Source: Octopus sinensis
Taxonomy: Eukaryota
Assembly: GCF_006345805.1 (NCBI RefSeq)
Contig: NW_021835458.1
Coordinates: 1 to 64,000 of the forward strand
Direction of reading: 5' to 3'
DNA length: 64,000 bases
Shown here: positions 1 to 10,735 of the stretch, one piece after another
How positions within the stretch are numbered: the first letter of the stretch is position 1
How the letters are laid out: each line of letters starts with the position of its first letter
Notes under the pieces: generated by a model
Database searches by the model: none
What the model saw: only the letters and a program-made list of their open reading frames with translations
Told to the model about the DNA's origin: nothing
Program-made: the position numbers and the translations under genes

Positions 1-377
1 GGTGTCTGTCTCCTACGATTTAGATTCCTAACTACTCCCCACTTTTGCGGTGCAGTTTAACCAAAAGCGGGTATCTTATGGTCGTGATTCATATCGAGCC
101 TGTCTGAGTATTAGCGCGCGTCTACGATGAGTCTACGATTTAAAAAAAAAATTACCATCATTTTTTCCCATTTTTAATGCATTTGTTTTGCTTTTATATA
201 AGGGAAGTAACTTTCTAAAAATGTCTACGATGAGTCTACGATTTAAAAAAAAAATTACCATAATTTTTTTCCATTTTTAATGCATTTTTTTGCTATTTAT
301 AAGGGAAGTAACTCTCTAAAAATGCTTGTATAGTTATTGCCCTTACAAACCCGAGCAACGCCGAGCGATACTGCAAG
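1..377 (+). mobile_element. Helitron-like non-autonomous element, 3' portion, with a ~103-bp internal tandem duplication
   Basis: Ends in CCCGAGCAACGCCGAGC (GC-rich hairpin) followed by ATACTG-CAAG|T, a one-mismatch version of the Helitron CTAG|T terminus. The segment GTCTACGATGAGTCTACGATTT...CTAAAAAT occurs twice (~119-222, ~223-322). Confidence 0.55.
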
Positions 378-477
378 TATACTATAAAGTATATTAAACG
401 TTTTTATACGTCAAAATCGCGTTCTATTGTGTTTGCACGTGTTAAGGTTATCCTACAGATTTTCTACAGAAATTATA

Positions 478-695
478 TCCAGCACAGATTCTCGCTACAA
501 CGTTTCGTATTCGAGACGTCAGAGGTAAACAAACAATGAGATCGAAGATGAGAAAAGGTTAATGGCTGTATATACCTTATTTCAGGGGTTTTGCTCCTTC
601 ATCAAAATCCATTCAATTATTTAATTATCTCGAACGTTACATTTTTCTAGCTTTGATCTCGTATACGAAACGTCGCGACAAAAATCGGTGCTGGC
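478..695. mobile_element. Small inverted-repeat element (MITE-like)
   Basis: AGCACAGATT...ACGTTTCGTATTCGAGA (481-517) is an imperfect inverted repeat of TCTCGTATACGAAACGT...AATCGGTGCT (657-692). Confidence 0.35.
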
Positions 696-780
696 TTCAA
701 CAAGTAACTATGGTTGCGAAAGAACATTATCAGATATTAGTTTCAAATTTTGACACAATTTCAGCGGTTTTGGGGTTTGA

Positions 781-934
781 GATAAGTCGATTACATCGAC
801 CCCAGTGTTTAACTGGTACTTACTTTATTGACTTCAAAAAGTAAAGTCGATTTCAGTGGAATTTGATCTCAGAACGTGAAGACAGACGAAATGACGCTAA
901 GCATTTTGCCCGGCGTGCTATCGATTCTGCCAGG
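781..934 (-). mobile_element. SINE family B (tRNA-like head + Nin/Deu-like core), degenerate copy
   Basis: Reverse complement of the head CTGGCAGAA..GCACGCCGGGC and the GGGGTCGATGTAATCGACTT motif seen in many copies in this window. Confidence 0.75.
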
Positions 935-1340
935 TATTGTGACGCACAAATAGGATTTAACGAGGAATGTTTTTACCCAGATGAAATCAGTAAATAACCC
1001 ACACAAATTCAATTTCATTTACGACTAGCTGACCACATGCCCGTCAATGATGACGGCTAGTTTGTATTATTTTATATGTAAATAAGGTACAAAAGGAGGT
1101 ATATCATAATTACACATATAACCATTCACATACACACATACACTCACACAGAGTTGAAACGCTGAATTTTTCCGCCCCTACCTTATTAATCTATCAGCCC
1201 TTCTTTTCTCTCATTGCTATTACGCTCTTTCACTCTCTCTCAGTCAGGGTTATTACTCTCACTACTTCTCCTTCACTAATTTCTCTCCAACGCGTCGGCG
1301 GCGTGGTTCTGAACATACATAAATATATATATATAATATA

Positions 1341-1394
<54 letters not shown>

Positions 1395-1508
1395 TATATA
1401 TATATCTATATATATATAATAAGAGTAGATCGTATACGAGTGGGTATATATTTGTAAAAAGAAGTTTGAAAACGCCACTATATTAGATAAATTTTAATTT
1501 TCTTATGA

Positions 1509-1553
1509 ATTTTACATGTTTCGGTTCTTGAAAAAACGAACCTTATCAAAAAT
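1509..1553 (-). ncRNA. Minimal type I hammerhead ribozyme motif (U3:A8 core)
   Basis: Minus strand: ATTT-TTGATAA-GGTTC(loop)GAACC-GAAA-CATG-TA-AAAT. Stem I 4 bp, stem II 5 bp, palindromic stem III. Confidence 0.7.
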
Positions 1554-1924
1554 ATTATAAAAAGTGCAATAGAAAAGTTCATAATCGTTTCTTACTGTTC
1601 TCAATAGAATCCATGTGGTGGTGTTTTGTCAGTAGTTACTATAATCGCTATATTACTGTTGAGTGTAGTGAAGAAGTCCATTATTGTTTCTTGCTGGTAT
1701 CAAAAGTAACCGCTTTTTTGTTACCTTGTGTTCAAATGGTAGCAACAGTAGTGATTGTTGGCCGTAGTAGTAGTAACAACCTGTGGCTGTCCTAGCAGCA
1801 GTTACTGTTGGTCGTAATTTTGGCAACCTTGGTGGTGGTTGGGGTTGTAGCAGTTAAGCTGTGGCAAATGTTCTTTTAAAAAACTTTTCTTTTAATTTTT
1901 CGAAATTTAATTGTATAATTGTTA

Positions 1925-1961
1925 CAGTTGAAGAAGTCTCAAATGACTGAAACCGGTACTG
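1925..1961 (+). ncRNA. Minimal type I hammerhead ribozyme motif (U3/G8 core)
   Basis: CAG-TTGAAGA-AGTC(tcaaat)GACT-GAAA-CCGG-TA-CTG. Confidence 0.65.
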
Positions 1962-2070
1962 GAATGTTCTTTATAAAATTATTTTAGCATTTTCTATCTT
2001 GACATTTTTTTCCATATGTATGTGTATATATATATATATATACTATATATATATATATATATATATATAT

Positions 2071-2357
2071 TTGGTAGATGGAAATTGAAAGAAGCCCGTC
2101 GTATATATTATTATATATATAGTGTGTGTGTGTATGTTTGGTGTGTCGGTGTTTTGTCCCCCTAGCATTGCTTGACAACGATGCTGGTGTGTTTACGTCC
2201 CCGTCACTTAGCGGTTCGGCAAAGGGACCGATAGAACAAGTACTGGGCTTACAAAGAATAAGTCCTGGGGTCGATTTGCTCGACTAAGGCGGTGCTCCAG
2301 CATGGCCGCAGTCAAATGACTGAAACAAGTAAAAGAGTAAAAGAGTAAAGAGTAAAG
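2071..2357 (+). mobile_element. SINE family A, 5'-truncated
   Basis: TTGGTAGA..GAAAGAAGCCCGTCG + (TA)(TG) tract + GCTCCAGCATGGCCGCAGTCAAATGACTGAAACAAGTAAAAGAGTA tail. Confidence 0.85.
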
Positions 2358-2373
2358 TATATATACATATATA

Positions 2374-2409
<36 letters not shown>

Positions 2410-3600
2410 TGTATAAACACTATAAAAAATCCTTTAAAATGTTTTAGCCCGAAGGCCGCGGCCATGCTGGGGCACCACCGCTGAATGAGCTACACTAATT
2501 TGTGAATCCACCTCTGATACGTGGCACTTGATCAACAAGGGAGTTCGATGCTGCTGCCCGCATGTGCGTCTCCTGTCGTGAGGTAGGTTCATCTGGGACT
2601 CCCGACAAGAAGAGATCCAGTTTAGTTTTAAATATGCTCATTATTATATTAGGAGATTGTTACTCAGTATAGTAGTAGTTACTTGATATAGTAGCCGTAA
2701 TATTCAGATTCTCCACAGCAATGGCTACAACTAATTTCGACGCTTTACAAATTTTTAGAAATTCTAGTTGCATCTTGCAATCCAGGATGGCATTACAAAA
2801 CGCAAATCCTTCCAATAAATTTATCCAATTTGAGACAAAGTTCATTGAAGACGTTTACATTATGAATGTAATGATTATAATTCGCGTAAAATATTGATCA
2901 TCTGGCATCTAAAATTAAACCCAGTTTTTAATGCAATTCATAACCAAGAAGGAATCCGCCATTCATTTCAGCATTGAGACAATAAATAGAATGTTTTATT
3001 ATTCTCATCATTTCTAGTTTCACTTTCAACCCGACATTTTTGTCCTTGTTTTCCATCAGCATTTGTTGTTTATTTTAAGGGCTCTTTTTATCTTAACATC
3101 CAATCGATCACATACTCTCATCCAAGCTTGTTTAATGATTTGCTGCTTAATGACTTATGACTGTTTCAAAGGACCTTGGAGGGCCTTTAAATCAAAGGTA
3201 GCATCATAAAAATGCACGGTATGATCATGGATAGGTTTTTGAAACAGGGATTTGAAATAAATCTTAATTCTAAATCCTGGCCAATACAAGAAATTAAACG
3301 GCAAAATTTGATCCAGCACCTGACTTGTTTCCTAAAAGTTTCACTTAAATATTAACGTATTCATAAACTGTCTTCAGTCTCTGTTATAGAATACCATCGA
3401 TTTTCAGCTCCAGATCTTGACAATTATTCCTACAGTGCCTCTCCATGTTTAGAAACAGTGAGTTTGGCAAAGAAACAATGACAAAAGAACGAATTGCAAT
3501 GTAGAAAGTCCCAATCAAATATCAATGTTAGCTACACAAATTCTATATTTCTGTAGTTTTCGTATAATCCTCTGTTGAACAGCACATTAACTGCCAACCA

Positions 3601-4059
3601 TTTCTTACTCCTTTACTGCCCACATAGCGACAGACGAAATACCTATTTCTTTACTACCCACAAGGGGCTAAACACAGAGAGGACAAACAAGGACAGACAT
3701 AGGTATTAAGTCGATTACATCGACCCAGTGCATAACTGGTACTTATTTAATCGACCCCGAAAGGATGAAAGGCAAAGTCGACCTCGGCGGAATTTGAACT
3801 CAGAACATAGCGACAGACGAAATACCTATTTCTTTACTACCCACAAGGGGCCAAAGACAGAGAGGACAAACAAGGACAGACAAACGGATTAAGTCGATTA
3901 TATCGACCCCAGTGCGTAACTGGTACTTATTTAATCGACCCCGAAAGGATGAAAGGCAAAGTCGACCTCGGGGGAATTTGAACTCAGAACGTAACGGCAG
4001 ACGAAATACCGCTAAGCATCTCACCCAGCGTGCTAACGTTTCTGCCAGCTCGCCGCCTT
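3601..4059 (-). mobile_element. SINE family B concatemer (head + 2 full units + a deleted third unit)
   Basis: ~183-bp units. TSD GCCAACCATTTCT at 3593-3605 and 4063-4075. Confidence 0.85.
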
Positions 4060-4135
4060 ACAGCCAACCATTTCTGCACCACTATTATATATATAACTAG
4101 TTCCAAAATTACTTGGACCTTATTTTCAACATCAA

Positions 4136-4567
4136 CTCTTTTACTTGTTTCAGTCATTTGACTGCGGCCATGCTGGAGCACCGCCTTTAGTCGAGCAAAT
4201 CGACCCCAGGACTTATTCTTTGTAAGCCCAGTACTTATTCTATCGGTCTCTTTTGCCGAACCGCTAATTGACGGGGACGTAAACACACCAGCATCGGTTG
4301 TCAAGCAATGCTAGGGGGACAAACACAGACAAACACACACACACACACACGCATATATATATATATATATAATATATATAATATATATATATAGATATAT
4401 ACGACGGGCTTCTTTTCAGTTTCTGTCTACCAAATCCACTCACAAGGCTTTGGTCAGCCCGCGGCTATAGCAGAAGACACTTGCCCAAGGTGACACGCAG
4501 TGGGACTGAACCCTGAACCATGTGGTTGGTAAACAAGCTACTTACCACATAGCCACTCCTGCGCCTA
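4136..4567 (-). mobile_element. SINE family A, full length (tRNA-like head, CORE-like CCTTGGGCAAGTGTC motif, internal microsatellite, (GAGTAAAA)n tail)
   Basis: Reverse complement of GGCGCAGGAGTGGCT...GGTTCAGTCCC head through the tail. Confidence 0.9.
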
Positions 4568-4821
4568 TCTCTTTAATTTTTATTAGAAAACAAAGCACTT
4601 TTATAAAATTTGGCTTGTTTTTAAAACTAGAATCAGCGTAGCTATCTCTTCTGCTATTTGCTCGCTTTTAGCTTGATCTCCAGTAACATCAAACGTGAAG
4701 ATTAAACCCAGCACATAGAATACCAGATTAAATTTTGTAACGAAGAGAACCTGAATTCCTTAATTCTGTACAAAAGGCGGAGAAAATAGCATTTTTTTAA
4801 AGAATACTCTTCTACAATATA

Positions 4822-5235
4822 GGCGCAGGAGTGGCTGTGTGGTAAGTAGTTTGCTAACCAAACACATGGTTCCGGGTTCAGTCCCACTGCGTGGCATCTT
4901 GGGCAAGTGTCTTCTGCTATAGCCCCGGGCGACCAATGCCTTGTGAGTGGATTTGGTAGACGGAAACTGAAAGAAGCCTGTCGTAATGTATATATATATA
5001 TATATTTGTTTTTGTGTTTGTGTGTGTGTGTCTGTGTTTGTCTCCCTAGCATGATTGACAACCGATGCTGGTGGTGTTACGTCCCCATCACTTAGCGGTT
5101 CGGCAAAAAGAGACCGATAGAATAAGTACTGGGCTTACAAAGAATAAGTCCTGGGGTCGAGTTGCTCGACTAAAAGGCGGTGCTCCGGCATGGCCGCAGT
5201 CAAATGACTGAAACCAGTAAAAGAGTAAAAGAGTA
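4822..5235 (+). mobile_element. SINE family A, full length
   Basis: GGCGCAGGAGTGGCTGTGTGGTAAG head, B-box-like GGTTCAGTCCC, internal (TA)(TG) tract, GAGTAAAA tail. Confidence 0.9.
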
Positions 5236-5539
5236 TAGGATCATCGTGCGATCAGAATTTTAGTAACGCACCTAAATTTCCAAAATTGGTTTTGTTTTCT
5301 GTAGGAATAACATTCTTCTGCTCACTCGATTTTTTTTCTTTCTTCTCTTTCTTTCTTTTCTTTTTTTTTTCTTGCTAACAAAATTTTACACTTGAGATTT
5401 CGATAACAAAATCCTGTCTTTTAGTCTTCCTGATAAAATTTTTACTGGAAGCTATGTCAATGAAAACTCGCTTTTGTTAAATGATTTTCCTTAATTATCC
5501 CTTATTGAGTGAAATACAATCGATGTTGTTTGTTTATTT

Positions 5540-6130
5540 AAGACTGGTGCTAAATATTTTTGGCGATTGCTTACAATGGAATCTGTTTAGTTTCTCCAAT
5601 AGAGACTTATTGGAATTTTAAGAAAATAGTAGTAAACAACCATGGCATAAGCTACTTATTTCTCTAGAGAATAACCAAGTTACAAGCACCATTTCCCAAT
5701 ATCAATTTCCTAGCATTGTTTTAAACAACCTACGTACATTGATCAGCCTTGTGTAAGAACAAATATTCCTTTACAAGTTTGAAAATTCTTCGAGCTCAAT
5801 ATAAATATCTCTATCCGTTAAGCGTTCGGTAAAATTACATTTTGTGATATGTTTTCAAGTACCAAGCATCTTATATCGCACTTGGTATAGACTTACGTTT
5901 CTCGTGATATTTTCGATATCCAGAGTTGTATTATATTCTACTCCTTTCCAAGATACGTTCTGTTATTGGAAGATACGCAGTTCTTTTTACTATAATACAT
6001 TGTTGGATAAGTCTACGTTTATTTCTAATGCAAATAATCGTAGGGAAGAAATAATTTCAATAAATGTCTTCTTTCCATTTTCTTTCCATCCCAATCTCAA
6101 TGCTCGCTTGCTGGACAAAGTTTTCAAAAA
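5540..6130 (-). pseudogene. Possible highly decayed R4/Dong-like LINE C-terminal remnant
   Basis: Minus-strand GGAAAGGAGTAGAATATAAT...ATCGAAAATATCAC resembles 49601-49670 of the clearer R4-like remnant. Many stop codons. Confidence 0.3.
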
Positions 6131-6939
6131 CTTATACGCGCTCACACACACAAGCACTCTGGTTAAGTAGCGAGGCGCGTATAGTTGTGTTGTAGAGAAG
6201 ATTGCTTTGCAGTATCATGGTTTGGGGTTCAGTCCCACCGAGAGGCACCCCGAGCAAATGTTTCGACTCTTCCCTCGGGCTAAGAAATACACTATGAGTA
6301 AATTTTGTAAATGGAAAGTGTTTAAACCCCTGTCGTATATACACATGTGTTTGTGTGGATACGTGTGTGTATGTATGTATATAAGTATGCACATGTGTAA
6401 GTATGTATTTATGTATGTATGTAGCGGTGTATGTGTGTGTCGAATGTGTGTGGAGGGAAATACGAATTCACTAGTCTATATAAATGTGGATATGCTGATT
6501 AGCTTTTATATGTTCTGATGGCGCTTCGTCAGAAATATAAGGGGTAGGTTTTCCTAGCATTTTCAGATTTATAATATCATGTTGATAACGGAAATGGATT
6601 TTTATAATTCTGATCCAGAAACGCGTCCATTATTAATCGAAGACTGTTTGGTTTCATCATTTTTCTTCTTACAAATATTGCTATCTGTGGAGACATATTT
6701 TTGTAGAAAAAAGAAATAGCAGTCTTTTGGCTGCTATTTCTAGAATTTTGGGGAATGTAGAAAAGTAACTTGTTGCTAAACCCTTAATTATTGTTATAAT
6801 TATATATAAAAAATCTTTTTGTATAAGTTTTTACAGAATATGGTTCGTTTCCATACCTAAAACTACTTGGTAAAATTTGTAAATATTATGAAATTAATAA
6901 TTTTTTTACCCCTATATCTGTAATGATTATATATATGCC

Positions 6940-6971
6940 TGTGTGTGGTGTGTGTGTGTGTGTATGTATAA

Positions 6972-7019
<48 letters not shown>

Positions 7020-7550
7020 ATGTTGTGTGTGTGTGTGTGTGGTTGTGTGTGTGAATGTGTGTGTGTATGAATATATGTATGTATTTATATATAGATATTA
7101 TATATATATATTATATATATTATATATATATATATAAAGTGGTGCTCCAGCATGGCCGCAGTCAAATGCCTAAAACAAGTAAAAGAAATTAAAGAAATAT
7201 ATATATATGCGTATATATATATGTACGTATGTATATATATATATATATATTATATATATATATATAAATATGTATATCTATATATGTTGTATGTATATAG
7301 TACTTTCTATATATAATATTATGAAGATATACATATATGTCTATATACACACACTTTATATAGATAGATCAATATATACACTTATACATGCATACATAGA
7401 ATCATATATACATAAACACAATCACACACACATATATACATACATACACACACAGGCACACACACACACATACATACATACATACGTACGTACATACATA
7501 CATACATACAAACATACATACATACACACACATACATACATATGTTAATC
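6940..7550. repeat. Compound (TG)n/(TA)n/(TACA)n microsatellite with a SINE A tail fragment (7138-7190)
   Basis: Direct reading. Confidence 0.9.
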
Positions 7551-8192
7551 TAGATGATGATACATAATTGTACCTGATAAAAGAACCTGCTTTCACGGTG
7601 TAAATAATCTTGTTGCAGCTATTGCTTTGATACCGAGCAATAGCGTTCGTATGTTTTCCGCACTCACAAGTAAACGCAAGCAAACAGTAACAAACACACG
7701 AATTGAGTTTAACGGCCATTACATTCTTTATTACGTTGATATGTAATTTTATTTCCCTTCTCTCAAATGGTTTGATATTTCCAAAATTGTGTACTTAAAA
7801 CTATTCGCTTGCGATTATTTTAAGCGTGAAATAATAAATATATTATTATGTTGCTGGCAATCGTAAAAGAACAAATAATATTTGTCATTCTTTTCATATT
7901 AAGTGCATGTCACCCATAATTTTCAATGGCTTCTTATCTAAGCTGAAAATAAGGTTGTAAATGCAGCTCAGCTGTATGTGGAGTTTGCGTAGTTTAAAAA
8001 TTTAATGATTGCGAAATTCTTTCCGAATTTATCAATTTATTAGAATCTACTTTCAAAGAAAATCAGCAAAAGTGGGAGTGGTTTCTTGGTGTATATTTGA
8101 TACAAGTAATCTTAAGCGGAACAAGCCACATTATATATATAGATATAATAATATGCTTGTGAGCATGCATGTGTGTGTATATGTATATATTA

Positions 8193-8264
<72 letters not shown>

Positions 8265-8424
8265 GCGCAGGAGTGGCTGTGGTGTAAGTAGCTTGCTAAC
8301 CAGCCTCATGGTTCCGGTTCAGTCCCACTGCGTGGCACCTTGGGCAAGTGTCTTCTGCTATAGCCCCGGGGCGACCAATGCCTTGTGAGTGGATTTGGTA
8401 GACGGAAACTGAAAGAAGCCTGTC

Positions 8425-8468
<44 letters not shown>

Positions 8469-8683
8469 TTGTGTGTCTATGTTTGTGTCCCCCTAGCATT
8501 GCTTGACAACGATGCTGGTGTGTTTACGTCCCCGTCACTTAGCGGTTCGGCAAAAAGAGACCGATAGAATAAGTACTACTGGGCTTACAAAGAATAAGTC
8601 CGGGGTCGATTTGTTCGACTAAAGGCGGTGCTCCAGCATGGCCGCAGTCAAATGACTGAAACAAGTAAAAGAGTAAAGAGAGT
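8265..8683 (+). mobile_element. SINE family A, full length
   Basis: Same head, body and tail as 4822-5235. Confidence 0.9.
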
Positions 8684-8750
8684 ATATATATATATATGAA
8701 AAAACAAGTCAAAAATAGAAAATGCTAAGATGATTTTATAGTGAATCTTT

Positions 8751-8788
8751 CAGTACCGGTTTCGGTCATTTTGAGACCTTTTCAACTG
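8751..8788 (-). ncRNA. Hammerhead ribozyme motif in the PLE 3' pLTR (U3:A8 core)
   Basis: Minus strand: CAG-TTGAAAA-GGTC(tcaaaat)GACC-GAAA-CCGG-TA-CTG. Confidence 0.72.
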
Positions 8789-9055
8789 TAACGATTAAAT
8801 AATTAAATTTAGAAAAATTTAGAAAAATTAGAAGAAAGGTTTTTTTTAAGGAATACTTCCATAGTAGTGTTCAGATATAGGTGGCATTCTGCCTTTCTCT
8901 GACTCCCTTGTTTGCACTTGTGTATTCGAGGTCGTTGTGAGTTCTTGAGGGGGTGGGAGTGGGAAAATCTGGGCTGGTCAGTGGCGACCGGCAGTCGCTG
9001 TGTAGGCGTTATACTTAAAGACATTAGTGACAAGGTTAAGGGGTAGAAGGTGGAG

Positions 9056-9213
9056 AAGTAGAAGAAGAAGAAGAAGAAGATGACGGGGCCGATGATGATG
9101 ACGATGAAGAAGAAGAAGGAGAAGGAGAAGATGATGATGATGATGGTGGTGATGACGATGACGATGATGATGATGATAATGATGATGATGAAGAAGAAGA
9201 GGAAGAAGAAGAA
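9056..9213. repeat. (GAA)n/(GAT)n microsatellite in the PLE 3' UTR
   Basis: Direct reading. Confidence 0.9.
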
Positions 9214-9335
9214 AAAAACCGAGAAGGGAGAATATGAATGGTGAAGATATAGCTGTGATGGGGCGATTAGTAATGGATTCTATGGATGTAATATTTGTGG
9301 TGTATATATTTCTTTTGTTCTTAAGTTGAGGTATA

Positions 9336-10460
9336 TTAATTGTTTGTCGTAGACCCGTTAAGAGTGGCCTGTATTTTATAATAAAGAGATTTTCTTTACT
9401 TATTCGTCTCGAGGTTGTATCGTCCCTAAATTGGTAGAGGGGGAAAATTCTGAAGTTTGGTGTTTTTTTGTTGGCGCAAGTATCTATGTGTTTGCTAAAA
9501 GCTATTTATCTGTTTTGGGGGATTTTATCTGGGATCTGTGCAGGGCCATTCGTTTACGCAAACCATTTTTTGTTTGGCCTATGTACTGCTCTTGACACCC
9601 GGAGCAGGTTAGTGAGTATATTAGGTTCTCCGAAGCACATGTGAAGTTGCTTTTCACTGTAAACCGTTGTCCCTGTTTGAAGGAGAACTCAGAACCCTCG
9701 ATTAGATAGTCGCATATCCCGCAATTGGGTCTTCCACAATTTTTTTACTGTCGGCTTCTGTGTTGAAGATTGAATCTGGGCTTGTGTTAGGAGACTTTTC
9801 ATGGATCTAGGCTGTCTTTTGCTTTTTATGATCGTGTGTGTTTGGAGGATTCTGTTCATTCTGTGGTCTTTTTTTAGGAGGGGTATGTTGTGGAAGATGG
9901 TGCCGAAGGCTTCGTTATTGGGAGGGTTGTGTGTGGAGATGTATGGTAAGGCTTTTGGTTGTAAGTTTTTCTTTGATTTGGGATGTCTCAGTTCATTGAT
10001 GTTAAGTTGAAGGGCACGTTGAATGCACTTGTCAATAAGTGAAGGTGGATAGTTCCTGGTGATTAGGGTATCTTTTAGTTCTTGTAGTCGTGTGTCTCTG
10101 GTGTTTGCGTTAGAGACGATAGTGCATATCCTTTTTGCTAGATTGAAGGGGATATTCATCCTGGTGTGTCTGGGGTGGCATGAATTGAATGGAAGATATT
10201 GCTTAGAGTCTGTAGGCTTATAGTATATGTCTGTTTCTATTATATTATTAGCTTTCTTAATGAGGATATCGAGGAAGGGAAGTTGTTGCTAGCTATATTC
10301 CATCGTGAATTGGATGTTTACGTCCAGCCCGTTTAAAATTTCCTGGAATTCTATAAGTTTTTCTATATTTTTATGCCAAAGAATAAAACAGTCATCTAGA
10401 TATCTCTTCCAGTTGTTTTCTATGTAGATGGAGAAAGGGCTGCCATATCTTTCTAGAACC
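9336..10460 (-). pseudogene. PLE pol remnant: RT motifs, thumb and GIY-YIG endonuclease
   Basis: Hand translation gives WKRYLDDCFILW, QQLPFLDILIK, DIYYKPTDSKQYLPFNSCHPRHTRMNIPFNLAKRICTIV. After a frameshift near 9745 it gives CGRPNCGIC and NLIYSLTCSGCQEQYIGQTKNGLRKRMALH. In-frame stop at 10289-10291 and another inside the endonuclease. Confidence 0.92.
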
Positions 10461-10523
10461 TTTTAAAAAAACCTTTCTTCTAATTTTTCTAAATTTTTCT
10501 AAATTTAATTATTGAATCGTTTA

Positions 10524-10560
10524 CAGTTGAAAAGGTCTCAAAATGACCGAACCGGTACTG
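10524..10560 (+). ncRNA. Hammerhead motif in the inverted pLTR, one A missing from GAAA
   Basis: CAG-TTGAAAA-GGTC(tcaaaat)GACC-GAA-CCGG-TA-CTG. Confidence 0.55.
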
Positions 10561-10654
10561 AAAGATTCACTATAAAATCATCTTAGCATTTTCTATTTTT
10601 GACTTGTTTTTTCATATATATCAACTCGTGTGTTCCTTTCCATCCACCCTCTAC

Positions 10655-10697
10655 TATATATATATATATATATATATATAGATATATATATATATAT

Positions 10698-10735
<38 letters not shown>

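Larger units (their letters stand above)
1424..2010. mobile_element. Penelope-like element terminal remnants, two pseudo-LTR pieces in opposite orientation
   Basis: 1875-2010 aligns to the pLTR at 10463-10612. 1509-1553 carries a hammerhead fold on the minus strand. Confidence 0.6.
8692..10654 (-). mobile_element. Penelope-like retroelement, 5'-truncated, with 3' pLTR (8692-8849) and inverted 5' pLTR (10463-10620, extension to 10654)
   Basis: Near-identical ~157-bp inverted repeats flank a minus-strand RT/GIY-YIG reading frame. Confidence 0.9.

Noticed and set aside
2721-2897. 58-codon frame starting MATTNFDALQIF
   Set aside because: Short, no homology and no supporting splice signals.
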